Part shown: piece after piece, positions 38,802-54,396 of the stretch
Numbering within the stretch: the first letter of the stretch is position 1
How the letters are laid out: each line of letters opens with the position of its first letter
NCBI GenBank assembly: GCA_965219085.1
Contig: OZ244720.1
Coordinates: forward strand, 1,568,001 to 1,632,000
Origin: Dehalococcoidia bacterium
GTDB taxonomy: Bacteria; Chloroflexota; Dehalococcoidia; UBA2979
DNA: 64,000 nt
Direction of reading: 5' to 3'
Translations under genes and position numbers: made by a program
The notes under the pieces: generated by a model
Databases searched by the model: none
Told to the model about the DNA's origin: nothing
What the model saw: only the letters and a program-made list of their open reading frames with translations

Positions 38802-39136
38802 TGCGCGACCGTCGCGGCGCCGGGCTGCTCTACACCACCGAGGTGACCCGCACGGACCTCGGGCGGCACGCGGGACGCCTGCTGCGAGGCCGGGCCGAGC
38901 GGCGCACACTGCGGATCGCGCTCGGCGCGCGGCGCGGGTTGCGGCTCTACGGCGGCCGGCTGCGCCCGGTGGCGATCGAGGTGACCGGAGAGGACGACCG
39001 CCGCTACGAGGCGCCGATCCCCGAGACCCCGGACCCACGCCTGGTCACGGCACGCCGCGTGATCGCCTGCTGGATGATCGCGGCCGCGGTGCTCGGCGTC
39101 GCCAGGCTGCTGCGCGCGAGGGCGGCTGCGTCGTGA
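38801..39136 (+). CDS. Hypothetical protein with C-terminal TM
   Basis: Translationally coupled on both sides (TGATG and GTGA overlaps). Confidence 0.55.
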   Translation: MRDRRGAGLLYTTEVTRTDLGRHAGRLLRGRAERRTLRIALGARRGLRLYGGRLRPVAIEVTGEDDRRYEAPIPETPDPRLVTARRVIACWMIAAAVLGVARLLRARAAAS

Positions 39137-39519
39137 CTGCCGGCGCGCCCGACGTACGCGGCGAGGGTATGGACGAACTCGCCTCGATCCCCGGGCGCGT
39201 GACGGCGGCGGCGTGCTTCGGCGAAGCGCAGGCCGTTGGGGACCAGGTGGTGATTCCGGTTGCCGAGGTCGTGTACGGCCTCGGATTCGGCTACGGCTAC
39301 GACGGCAACGAGGGTGCGAGCGAGAACGCGCGAGCGGGCGGCGGCGGAGGCGGCGGGGGCGGACGTGCGCGCGCCGTCGCGGTGATTCGCGTCTCGCCGG
39401 ACGGCGTCGAGGTCCACCCCGTCCGCGACGAGACGGCCATCACGCTAGCGGGTATTGCGTCCGCGTTCGCCGCGACGGTGATCGTGGTGCGCACGCTGAG
39501 GAAGCTGATCCGCGGGTAG
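39133..39519 (+). CDS. GerW/YtfJ family protein
   Basis: FGE....D.VVIPVA.V.YG.GFG.G...GGGGGGGG.AR.VAVI. Confidence 0.8.
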   Translation: MTAGAPDVRGEGMDELASIPGRVTAAACFGEAQAVGDQVVIPVAEVVYGLGFGYGYDGNEGASENARAGGGGGGGGGRARAVAVIRVSPDGVEVHPVRDETAITLAGIASAFAATVIVVRTLRKLIRG

Positions 39520-39540
39520 GAGTGCTCCGCATCGGAACGC

Positions 39541-39578
39541 ACGACGAAGGGGAGCCCCCGGGGGCTCCCCTTCGTTGT
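39541..39578. terminator. Long hairpin between convergent genes (bidirectional terminator candidate)
   Basis: ACGACGAAGGGGAGCCCCCGGGGGCTCCCCTTCGTTGT near-perfect palindrome between ytfJ-like and rpoC stops. Confidence 0.8.
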
Positions 39579-39611
39579 GTCGGCTGGCGGGGCAGCGCCC
39601 CGCCGCCGATC

Positions 39612-43962
<4,351 letters not shown>

Positions 43963-43970
<8 letters not shown>

Positions 43971-46900
43971 TCGTGCTCTCCTCTGCCTCGCGCCCGGACA
44001 GGTTGATGCCGAGCGACGGGATCGCCTCGATGTAGTCCTCCGAGAACGCGACCTGTTCCTCGTCCTCGTTGAGGATTTCCACGCTCATGCAGAGCGATTG
44101 GAGCTCCTTGACCAGCACCTTGAAGGACTCCGGCACGCCGGGCTCCATGGTGTTCTCGCCCTTGACGATCGCCTCGTAGGCCTTCACGCGGCCCACGACA
44201 TCGTCGGACTTCACGGTCAGCATCTCCTGGAGGATGTGCGCCGCGCCGTAGGCTTCCAGCGCCCACACCTCCATCTCGCCGAAGCGCTGCCCGCCGAACT
44301 GTGCCTTGCCGCCCAGCGGCTGCTGCGTGATCAGCGAGTACGGCCCCGTCGAGCGGGCGTGGATCTTGTCCTCCACCAGGTGGACGAGCTTGAGCATGTA
44401 GATGTAGCCGACGGTCACCGGCTGGTCGAACGGCTCGCCCGTGCGGCCGTCGTAGAGGGTCTGCTTGCCCCACACCGGCGGCGCCTCGCCCGAGTCGCGG
44501 GCGACGACGCTGATGCGCTTGTTGAGCGCGACATCGTCCACCCCGCGCGCATCGCGCTCGCCGCGCTGCTCCAGCCACAGCGTGAGGCAGGCCTTGCGGG
44601 CGGCGCCCACGTGCTGGTGGCTGAGCACCTCGTCCGGATCGAAGCCACCCTCGCGCACGTACGCTTCGAGCTTCCCGAAATCGAGCCGCGCACCGAGGTC
44701 GCTGGGGCTGCCGGCGCCTTGCCCGTTGCCGTGAGAGGCCACGGAGCCGTCCGGCAGCAGCGCCTCGGCCTGCATCGCCAGCCAGGCGCGGGCCAGCGCG
44801 TCCTCGATCTCGGCGTCGGATGCGCCGTCGAAGACCGGGGTCACGGCACGCATGCCGAGCGTGTTCGCGGCCCACCCGAGGTGGGTCTCCAACACCTGCC
44901 CGACGTTCATGCGCGACGGCACGCCGATCGGGTTCAGCACGATCTCGATCGGCCGCCCGTCGGCGAGGTACGGCATGTCCTCGATGGGGGTGATGCGGCT
45001 GACCACGCCCTTGTTGCCGTGGCGGCCGGCCATCTTGTCGCCCTCGGCGATCTTGCGCTTCTGCGCGACGGAGACGCGCACCATCATGTTCACGTCGGTC
45101 GGCAGTTCGTCGTCGGCGGTGCGCTCGAAGACGCGCACATCGATCACCTTGCCGCGTTCGCCGTGTGGGACGCGCAGCGAGGTGTCCTTCACCTCGCGCG
45201 CCTTCTCACCGAAGATCGCGCGCAGCAGCTTCTCCTCTGGCGTGAGCTCGGTCTCGCCCTTCGGCGTGATCTTGCCGACCAGGATGTCGCCCTCGCGCAC
45301 CTCCGCACCGACGCGGATGATGCCGCGCGGATCGAGGTCACGGAGCGACTCGTCGCCGACGTTCGGGATGTCGCGCGTGATCTCCTCGGGGCCCAGCTTC
45401 GTGTCGCGCGCTTCGACCTCGTACTTCTCGATGTGGATCGAGGTGAACTTGTCGTCGCGGATGATGCTCTCCGAGAGCACGATCGCGTCCTCGAAGTTGA
45501 GGCCCTCCCACGACATGAAGGCGACGAGCACCGACTGGCCGAGCGCCAGTTCACCGTTCTGCGTCGACGAGGAGTCGACGAGCGGCTGGCCCGGCGCCAC
45601 GCGGTCGCCCCTGGCGACGATCGGGCGCTGGCTGATGCACGTGCCCTGGTTGGAGCGCACGAACTTGCTGAGCGGGTAGCGCTCCTCGCGGCCGGACGCG
45701 TAGCGGACCGTGATGAAGTTGGCCGACGAGGACAGCACCTCGCCGTCCTCCTCGGCGGACAGCACCTGGCCCGAGTTCAGCGCGACCTGGCGCTCCATGC
45801 CGGTGCCGACGAGCGGCACCTCCGGGCGCAACAGCGGCACGGCCTGGCGCTGCATGTTCGCGCCCATGAGCGCGCGGTTTGCGTCGTCGTGCTCCAGGAA
45901 CGGGATCAGCGCCGCCGCCACGGAGACGATCTGCTTGGGCGACACGTCGATGAAGTCGACCTCGTTCGAGGTCACCATGCGCAGGCGCTCGGCGTGGCGC
46001 ACCTCAAGCCGGTCGTCCAGGAGGTTGCCCTCGTCGTCCAGCCGCGTGCTCGCCTCCGCGATGCGGTAGTCCTTCTCGGTGTCGGCGTCCAGGTACTGCG
46101 TCTCGCGCGAGGCAAACGGGCGCACGACCAGGCGGTCGTGGCCGGCGGCCGCGAGCGCCGCCGCCAGCTCCTCGGTGACGAGGTCGCCGGCACCCGCGAT
46201 GACCGTACCGGCATTGTCCGTGACGTCGGCTGCCAGCACGCGGCCGACGAACTCCGGGCTCGCCTTGCCGACCTCGCTGCGCACGGGGCGGTACGGGGTC
46301 TCGATGAAGCCGAAGTCGTTGATGCGGCCGTAGGTGGCGAGGTTGCCGATGAGGCCGATGTTCGGACCCTCGGGCGTCTCGATGGGGCAGATGCGGCCGT
46401 AGTGGCTGAAGTGCACGTCGCGCACGTCGAAGCCGGCGCGGTCGCGGGAGAGGCCGCCGGGGCCGAGGGCGGAGAGCCGCCGCTTGTGGGCGAGCTCGGC
46501 GAGGGGGTTGGTCTGGTCCATGAACTGCGAGAGCTGGGAGCCGCCGAAGAACTCCTTCATCGCCGCCACCACGGGCCGCACGTTGACGAGCGCCGAGGGC
46601 GTCGCCTCGTCGGGGTCGGTGATGGTCATGCGCTCGCGCACGACGCGCTCCATGCGGAGCAGGCCGACGCGGAACTGGTTCTGGATCAGCTCGCCCACGG
46701 ACCGCACGCGGCGGTTGCCGAGGTGGTCGATGTCGTCGGGCTCGCCGACGTGGTTGTTGATCTCGATCATCTTGCGGACGATCGCGATGATGTCCTCGCT
46801 GCGCAGCGTGCGCTCCTCCGGGTCGTCGGGGAACATGAGGCGCTTGTTGACCTTGTAGCGGCCGACGCGGCCGAGGTCGTAGCGGCGCTCACCGAAGAAC

Positions 46901-47706
46901 AGCGTGTCGAGCAGGTTGCGGGCGTTCTCGGCCGTCGGCGGGTCGCCGGGGCGGATGCGCCGGTAGAACTCCTCGAGCGCCTGGCGGCGGGTCTCGGTCG
47001 GGTCCTTCGCGAGGGTGGCGTCGACGTAGGAGTGCTCCTCGTCGGTGTCGACGGCGCCGAGCATGCGGCGAATGCGGTCGCTGGTGCCGAGCTCGTCGTC
47101 GCTGACGCCCTCCTCGATGTCGATGGCGCGGAGGAGGATGGTGACCGGGATCTTGCGCTTGCGGTCGACCTTGACGGAGAGGATGTCCTTGTTGGAGGTC
47201 TCGAACTCCAGCCAGGCGCCGCGGTTGGGGATGAGCTTGGCCTGGGTCAGGCGCCGGCCCGTCGCGGGGTCCACGGTCTCGGTGAAGTAGACGCCGGGCG
47301 AGCGCACGAGCTGGGACACGACGACGCGCTCGGCGCCGTTGATGATGAACGTGCCCTGCCCGGTCATGAGCGGGAGGTCGCCGAGGTAGAGCTCCTGCTC
47401 CTTGACCTCGCCGGTCTCCTTGACGGTCAGCTCGGCGATGACCTTGAGCGGGGCGCCGTAGGTGGAGTCGCGCTGGCGGCACTCACGCTCGTCGAGCTTG
47501 GGGCTCTCGATGTAGTACTCGAGGAAGGACAGCGCCATGCGGGTGCCGGTGAAGTCCTCGATCGGCGAGATCTCGTCGAACAGCTCGCGCAGCGAGCGGT
47601 CCAGGAACCGCTCGTAGGAGCGCTTTGGCATGTCGATCAGGTGCGGGACATCCAGCACCGGGCGAGACTTGCCGTAGTCCCGGGTGATGAGTTGTCCGCC
47701 TGGCAT
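43963..47706 (-). CDS. rpoB: DNA-directed RNA polymerase subunit beta
   Basis: [14 protein letters not shown] (RRDR), [37 protein letters not shown]; start approximate. Confidence 0.99.
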
Positions 47707-47937
47707 GCTGGCTCGCTCGGTGGTGACCAAGTAGCGACTCCTTCGCATTCGTCACGGTGGACCGTGCAGCGTTGCGCTCCGGATTCCGTACAAGCGCCTG
47801 GTTGGGCCTGTGGGGGAGAGTCTCGACACAGCTACGCAGCGCCGGTTGCCTACCGGTGCTGCTCGATGTGTTGTCGCTAATGGAATTCGCCGTGCCCAAC
47901 GCCTTGAGGATGATACCCGATCGCGCACAGGAAAGCG

Positions 47938-47966
47938 AGGGTATCGAGGACCCGCCGATCTGTCAA
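47938..47966 (-). promoter_or_regulatory. rpoBC promoter
   Basis: TTGACA-17 nt-TACCCT on the minus strand, giving a 5' leader of about 225 nt. Confidence 0.65.
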
Positions 47967-48056
47967 CGATCTTTCCACGTCAGGTGCATGGCGCGGCCAT
48001 TCGCGGAGCATGGGGGGAGTCCTCGGAGCGTGTCTTGAAGAGCCCTGGCTAGTACC

Positions 48057-48593
48057 ATGAGTCGCATGGTTTCGGATCGTGATAGTGCCTCCGGTCGAGC
48101 ACCCCGGGCCGCTTACGACATGGCGCTCTGGCAGCTGACTGAGCAGGTCAACGAGAACCGCTCCTTCGATACGAGGGCCGGTGTGGTGCTATCCGTGGCG
48201 GCAGCGTTCGCGGGGCTCTTCGGGGCATCCCTGGTGCGGGTCGTGAGCGACCATCCCGCGGGATCGGAGATCGCCACCGTGACCGTGAGTGGCGTCGCAG
48301 TCCTTATCGCGTTCGGGTGGACGATGTTCGCCTTCTACCGCACCGTCAGGCCGAGTCGGTGGGCGAGTGGACCTGCAGCACGGGAACTGATTGAAGTTGC
48401 GTCAGAGCACGAGGAGCCGGCGGTGCGGCTCTGGATCGCTGAAGCGCTCGCCGACTCGTTTATCCGGAATGAGGCGGCGGCTCAGCGGGAGGCTACCTGG
48501 TTCCGGCGCGAACTCTACGGAGCGATGATCGTTGGCGGCGTTGCGGTGCTGGCGATGCTCGCGACAACGCTCGCACGACTCCTCACGTCGTGA
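48057..48593 (+). CDS. Hypothetical three-TM membrane protein
   Basis: Hydrophobic segments; atypical codon usage. Confidence 0.55.
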   Translation: MSRMVSDRDSASGRAPRAAYDMALWQLTEQVNENRSFDTRAGVVLSVAAAFAGLFGASLVRVVSDHPAGSEIATVTVSGVAVLIAFGWTMFAFYRTVRPSRWASGPAARELIEVASEHEEPAVRLWIAEALADSFIRNEAAAQREATWFRRELYGAMIVGGVAVLAMLATTLARLLTS

Positions 48594-48624
48594 ACCATTA
48601 CCGGGTTGTGATTGAAGCGGGTGG

Positions 48625-48798
48625 CTAGCCGTCCGCGTCCTCACGGTCGCGCTGTCTCATGCCGAACCCGTAGCCTCCGGTGATGTACTGGAGCTTCGCC
48701 TTCGGCAGCCCGGAGACACCGACCTCCCGATCAGGCTCGCGCGTGTCGTCCGGCTGCGATCCGTTCTGTTCCGGGGGACGATGTTTCGAGTGAGTCAT
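48625..48798 (-). CDS. Possible small hypothetical protein (57 aa)
   Basis: Open frame MTHSKHRPPEQ...YITGGYGFGMRQRDREDADG preceded by a TG-n-CATACT -10-like element; no recognisable family. Confidence 0.25.
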   Translation of the reverse strand: MTHSKHRPPEQNGSQPDDTREPDREVGVSGLPKAKLQYITGGYGFGMRQRDREDADG

Positions 48799-48858
48799 CT
48801 CGGAACCGAGTATGCCACACGATGAGGGCGCGCGAGGACGGCGGGCAGCGGTAGCACG

Positions 48859-50007
48859 CTACGGCTCCCCAGCGCCCGAACCCTCCACCGGCCGGCTCGC
48901 CGTCTCCGCCCACACCGACCACGCCTCCTTCGCCCGGTCCATCGAGTCCCGCAACCCCACGCTCGACAGCAGGTTCAGCGGGGGCGCCTCCACGAACGCC
49001 GGGTCGCGCCCGGCGAACCACACGACGAACGGCGCGTCCAGGGCGTCGGCGTCGGCGAGCAGGCGCTGCAGGTAGCGGCGCTGCTCCGCCGGCGTCGAGG
49101 AGTGCAGACCGTCCGGCTGCGCCGCCGAGGCGAACCCGACGGATGCGAACGCGATCGGCAGCCGCGTGTGGTCACGGATCTGCTGGTAGTAGAGCGGCGG
49201 GAGGTCGTTCGCCACCTCGTAGGCGACCGAGGGGAACGTGGCGATCGCGAACAGGTCGAGCCGGCCCGCGAAGTCGGCGAGGAGCTCCCAGCGCGGAGGC
49301 CGCGACGGCTCCCACGGCACCGCGCCCAGCAACTGCTCGTACTGGAACGTGGCGAAGACGCGCGTCTCCGGGCTCACGGCCTTCACCGCCCGGTACGCCT
49401 CGTTGTAGGCGGCGAGGAACGCCCGGTACTGCGACGGTGAGCGCTCGAACGTGGCGTTGATCTCGACGCCGAGCGCGAGGTACGCGGGCGTGTAGCTGGT
49501 GGCGATGAACCGCGCCTCGGCGACGAAGGCCGCGCGCAGGTCTGGGTGCGCCAGGTCTGCGTCGCGGTAGCCAAGCGGGGCAGCGGCCAGGCGGCCACGG
49601 TCGACCGGGTCGAACGGATCGAGGGCGTAGAAGAGCGTGAGCTCGCGCTCCTCGACGGCGACGCGCTCGCGCACCGTGAGCTCATGGAGCCGCGGCGACG
49701 GCTCGACGCCGGGGAGGAACTCGGCCCACTCGGGCGCGCGCTGGATCAGCAGCAGTTCGCCGTAGCGCGCCGTGAGGTCGAGTGCGGCGATGTAGGCGTC
49801 CTGCGTCAACTCGGCGGGCACGGATGAGAAGCCGAGGAGGAAGGGGCGGGGCGTCCCTGCCTGCTCGCGCGGCTGCGGTACGAAGCCCGGCTCCTGGATA
49901 CGCTCCTCGCGGCACCCCAGCGCCGCGGAGGCGACAAGCATCAGCACCAGCGCCGCCGGTGCGAGCACCGCGAGCCGCTCCCGGCTGGCCGTTCGAATGT
50001 GCGCCAC
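48859..50007 (-). CDS. Putative glycoside-hydrolase-like (TIM barrel) lipoprotein
   Basis: LGC lipobox; YLALGVEIN resembling the clan-A acid/base strand; Y..VKA.SP.T.V; GL.D.....K.AW..W terminus. Confidence 0.5.
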   Translation of the reverse strand: MAHIRTASRERLAVLAPAALVLMLVASAALGCREERIQEPGFVPQPREQAGTPRPFLLGFSSVPAELTQDAYIAALDLTARYGELLLIQRAPEWAEFLPGVEPSPRLHELTVRERVAVEERELTLFYALDPFDPVDRGRLAAAPLGYRDADLAHPDLRAAFVAEARFIATSYTPAYLALGVEINATFERSPSQYRAFLAAYNEAYRAVKAVSPETRVFATFQYEQLLGAVPWEPSRPPRWELLADFAGRLDLFAIATFPSVAYEVANDLPPLYYQQIRDHTRLPIAFASVGFASAAQPDGLHSSTPAEQRRYLQRLLADADALDAPFVVWFAGRDPAFVEAPPLNLLSSVGLRDSMDRAKEAWSVWAETASRPVEGSGAGEP

Positions 50008-50089
50008 GTCACGATTCTCGGGACGGCGGGCGATCGGGGTCAAACGCGGGCGCGGTTCGACGCCTGCTCGCGAGGTGTAGACTCGGCCC

Positions 50090-50545
50090 ATGGATGGCCC
50101 GCAGAACATCGACGTGGACGGGCTGCGCGCATCGATCAGGTCCGTCGAGCACCTGTTGCTGCGCTTCACGCCCGTGGCCGAGCGCTTGTTGCTGGACTTC
50201 CGCACGCGCGAAGGCGTCGGGCCGGGCGTCGCGCTGCTGCCGCCGGTCGACTCGTTCGTCGAGCGCATCCGCACCATCGAGCGCGTGCGGCCGGGGTTCG
50301 AGCGGCCGAAGCGCATCCACGTGGTGACGTGGCCGTTGCGCGTGGCGTCGCTCGAGCGCCTCGGCGTGCTCGAGACGGTGCGCAGCCGCCTCGCCGACAT
50401 GGACGCGTTCGACGTGATCGCCAGCGTGAACGAGACCTACAAACGCCTGCTCGAGATCGAGCGCGAGGAGACCAAGCGGGCGATCGAGGGCGAGGGCTAC
50501 CACACCATCTGGCCGGCCGAGACCCGCGGCAGTCGCGGCGCCTGA
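50090..50545 (+). CDS. Conserved hypothetical protein
   Basis: Native codon bias; RLLLDFR...YHTIW; no family assigned. Confidence 0.7.
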   Translation: MDGPQNIDVDGLRASIRSVEHLLLRFTPVAERLLLDFRTREGVGPGVALLPPVDSFVERIRTIERVRPGFERPKRIHVVTWPLRVASLERLGVLETVRSRLADMDAFDVIASVNETYKRLLEIEREETKRAIEGEGYHTIWPAETRGSRGA

Positions 50546-50562
50546 GCCTCCCGCCGGCCTCG

Positions 50563-50925
50563 ATGCAGCGCGACCGCTTCCGCCGCCTCGTCCAGCAGGC
50601 TGTGGACTCGCTGCCACCGGACATCGACAACTACCTCGACAACGTCGCGATCGTGATCGAACGCGAGCCCGCGCCCGAGGACCTCGCCGACGCCGGCCTC
50701 CCACGGGGCGCGGAGCTGTTCGGGCTCTACATCGGCATACCGCTGATCGACCGCAGCGAGTACCACATGACGCTCCCGGACCGGATCGCGATCTACCAGG
50801 GCCCGCTGGAGCGCGCGTTCCACCCGCGCATGATCCCCGAGGAGGTGCGTCGCACCGTCCTCCACGAGATCGCGCACCACTTCGGGTTCGGCGAGGCGGA
50901 GATGAAACGCCTCGGCCTCGACTAG
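50563..50925 (+). CDS. Zincin_1 family minimal metallopeptidase
   Basis: LFGLY.G.P...PDRI.IY..P...TVLHEIAHHFG (HExxH). Confidence 0.9.
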   Translation: MQRDRFRRLVQQAVDSLPPDIDNYLDNVAIVIEREPAPEDLADAGLPRGAELFGLYIGIPLIDRSEYHMTLPDRIAIYQGPLERAFHPRMIPEEVRRTVLHEIAHHFGFGEAEMKRLGLD

Positions 50926-50938
50926 CTCCCCGTGAGCA

Positions 50939-53900
50939 TTAGCTTCCGGTGAGCAACAGTATCGCCGCGATGCGCCGCGCGGTGTCGGTGACGTGCTGGA
51001 TCTCCTCGGCGCGGAGCGGGCGGTCCAGCACCTTGTGCTCGCGGTAGGAGAGCCACTTCTTGAGCACCTGGTAGCCGCCGAGCTTGTAGTTCCAGACGGC
51101 GGCCGGAACGTTGCGCCAGCAGGCCCGGTCGTTGAGATGGACGTCGAACGTCGTCTCGCCGAGGGTCGTGACTGCGTCGCCCATCGAGGAGCGCTCGTCC
51201 GCCGTGAGCGGCCGCTCGTCGGCCCTGCCCTGGCCGGGCATGACGGCCTCGCGGCTGCCGAAGTGGCCCCAGCCCGCCGTGACCGAGAAGTCGTCCCCCG
51301 ACATGTTGTGGCCGTCGACGGTCGTCGGCACGCCGATCGCCGCGAGCTCGGCCCGGAGCGCGCCGGTGGTGACGCCCGGCACGGGCGTGTCGACATCGAG
51401 GAGCACGGCGAGTTCGCGGCCGCGCGCCGCCGACGCCTCGAGCTCCTCGGCCGCGCCGTCCGCGTTGCCGTCGGGCCAGCCGGGGAGCGGGATGCGTGGC
51501 CACTCCATGCGCAGCGCGCCCGCATTGGCCTCGCGGTAGGCGGGGTTGTGCAGCGTCGCCAGCACGTGGTGGAACAGATCCTCGACGCCGAGACCGAGGC
51601 GGTCGAGGTAGCTCTGGGCTGCGTCCGACAGGTTGGGCCGCCGGCCCGCCCCGTCTGCGCCGAGCCCCAGCCCCTCGTCGCGCAACCACAGCGGGAACAG
51701 GTGCACTCCCCAGTTTCCAAGCTTCCAGTTGCTGAGATGACGTATTGAGATGCCGTGTGAGAACTCGTGATCAATCTCTCGCTTATTCGAACCCAGCCAG
51801 AGATTCTTGCCAGTGACGTGCGACTTGTAGTCTGCGCGCTTCTCGTCTAGCAGCTTCGTGTCTGCCTCCCAGTAGAGCCAACGATCGTCGAAGGGCCGGT
51901 ATGCGCAGCGAACGAAACCTGCCTCGGTCGGGCCACCGCGCGCGAGCAGCGCGGCACGCACGTGACGCGCGTCAAACCGCGCCGTGGAGCGCATGACGCC
52001 CGGGTGGCTGCGGGCGATCTCCTCGTCGCTTAGATCCGGGTCAAAGTACTCGGCAACGCGCGTTTCGAGCCGGTCGCGATCGATATCGAGGAGGAATGCG
52101 TCGCGGCTGGTCTTCACTCCCGGGAACGAGGTCGGGAACAGGTCAGGCAGCGCCGGCCAGTCGGACCAACCGTCGCTGACCGCGATCTGTGCGAAGGGCA
52201 GGCCCAGCGGCAGCAGCGGCTCGACGGCTTCGTAGAGTGCGTCCGGCTCGGCGTCAGCCGTGGCCGTCAACCCGTCTCGCTTCGCCTGGCCCCAGAGCTG
52301 GCGGAAGCCGATCGCCTCCGCCGGTTCGTGGTCGGCCTTGCGCACCAGCGTCGTGATCGCCGTCCCGACCTGGATGCCGACCGGGTCCTCAGGCGCGGAG
52401 AAGATGCTCGGGTCGGGCTCCCCGTCCGGCGTCGTCTTGCCCGTCTTGTACTTGTCGCCGTTGAGCGAGTCGATGCGGATCACGTCGAAGGCTTCGAGGT
52501 AGCGCTCGCGCATGCCCGTGAACGAGAGGCCGTCCAGCCACGAGTAGTTCGAGATGAAGCAGACCACGCCGCGACCGGTCTTTTCCGCGATCCGCCGCTC
52601 CGCCATGCGGAAGAAGCGCACATAGAGGTCGTTGAGCCCCTGGCCCTCGGGCCGCCGCACTTGCTGCGTCGTGCGGTACGCCGTGGACAACTCGCGCTCC
52701 TCGTCCACCGCCATCCCGGCGAAGCCGTTGTACGGCGGATTGCCGAGGATCACGAGCACGGGCGTGTCCTGCTTCACACGGTCGGCGCGGTCGCGCTCCT
52801 CCTCGAGCTCCGGGAAGGGGAGCGGCTTCTGGGTGGTCGGCTCCCAGCCGGTCAGTGCATTCGTCAGGAACACGCTTGCCCGCTCCGGCCTATTGGGGTC
52901 GTCGGAGAGCGGCGCGTCCAGCGCCTGCATCGTCAGGCCGACCTGCAGGTGGGCGACGACGAACGGCGCGGGCATGATCTCGAAGCCGAACACGCGCTCC
53001 ATCGCCGCCCGCTTGACCCGCGCGCCCGTCAGCGCGCCGCTCCCCTGCGCCCGCAGGTTCGCGTCGATGCGTCGCAGCACCTCGCCGAGGTACGCGCCGG
53101 TGCCGCAGCACGGGTCGAGCACGTAGACGTTGTCGGCCGCCAGTCCGTCGGCGATGCCGAGGTCGTCCTTCAGTGCGCGGTCCACGCGCGCGACCATGTA
53201 GCGCACCACCTCGTTGGGCGTGTACCAGACGCCCAGTTGCTTGCGCAGGTCGGGGTCGAACTCCGCGAAGAACGGCTCGTAGAAGTACTGCACGGCCTCG
53301 CCCTCGCTGAAGCGTTCGAAGAACGCCTCGCGGTCCACGCGGTCGAGCGCCGCGGACGTCCAGTCCAGCACCTCGACGAGGCCGAGTGGTTGCAGGCGGC
53401 CGGGGTCGGATAGCTGCTGGAAGAGCGCCCGCAGGACGGCGCGCGCAGGTGCCAGACCGCCTCGCGCCAGTTGAACGACCCGGTGGGCGGCGGGGTCTGG
53501 CGCGCCCACAGCACCCACGCCGAGAACACGCCGTAGAAGAGCGTCTGCACCAGCGTCGAGCGGAAGAAGGCCGCGCCGCGCTCGCCCTCGAAGCGGACGC
53601 CGAGCGCCTCCTCGAGCGCCGCGCGCACCGCGTGCAGCGAGGGTTCATCGCCCGCCGCCTCGACCCGCGCGAGCCCGTCGCGCGCGTAGGAGGCGAGCAG
53701 CCACGCGACGTCTTTCGGCTCGACCAGCGTGGCGCGATGCGAGAGCGCGCGGCTGAGGTACTCGCCAAGCCCCGCGCCGACCTCGCGCGCGAAGGTGCGC
53801 GGGCGCTCCAGCCGCGCCTCGAACGCGTCGGCGGAGTGGGCGAGCCGGACCGTCTCCAGCTTCGCGGGCTTGCCGCTCGCGTCCTCGCCGAGCAGCACGA

Positions 53901-54284
53901 AGTCGCGGGTGTTGGTGACCAGCACCAGGCGGTACTTTTCCCAGTACTTGCTCACCTGGTCGCTCTCGGCGGTGAGCCAGGCGTCGTCGGCAGCGGGCTT
54001 CACTTCGATGACACCGCGCTCCGGGCTTTGACCCTCGCGCGGCTTGCCTTCTGGATCTGTTTGCCGGAGTAGAGCCCGATGTCGGGGTGCCCCGCGCCCT
54101 GGTCCGCCAGCTCGCTGATGCAGAACACCCTGGGCCTGAGTGCGCCGCCCACCGCGTTGAGCAAGTTGATGAGCGGCGGGTAGTAGGAGCGTTCGCTTGT
54201 CGCGCCGCCGGACGCGCGGATCTTGCGCAGGTCGGTCAGGTAGTCCTCGACCATCCGGGTCAGCCGGGCGTCGGCGGCGGTCAT
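50939..54284 (-). pseudogene. Type IIG / type ISP-like fused restriction-modification enzyme with two frameshifts
   Basis: N-terminal nuclease G.PD...IEVK; YFYEPF, GVWYTP, LDPCCGTG (motif I), GNPPY (motif IV); C-terminal ISP-like specificity region. Single-base deletions near 54047 and 53438; adding 2 nt restores a 1115-aa frame. Confidence 0.85.
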
Positions 54285-54396
54285 GGGCGCAATGTGGCGG
54301 CACCGACGGGCGAAGCGCAAGCGCGTGTTTCGCGTGGCCGCGACTGTTTGACGCCGACGAGCGCTGCCACCGGCCCGGGAGCCGCGACTCCGCGGG

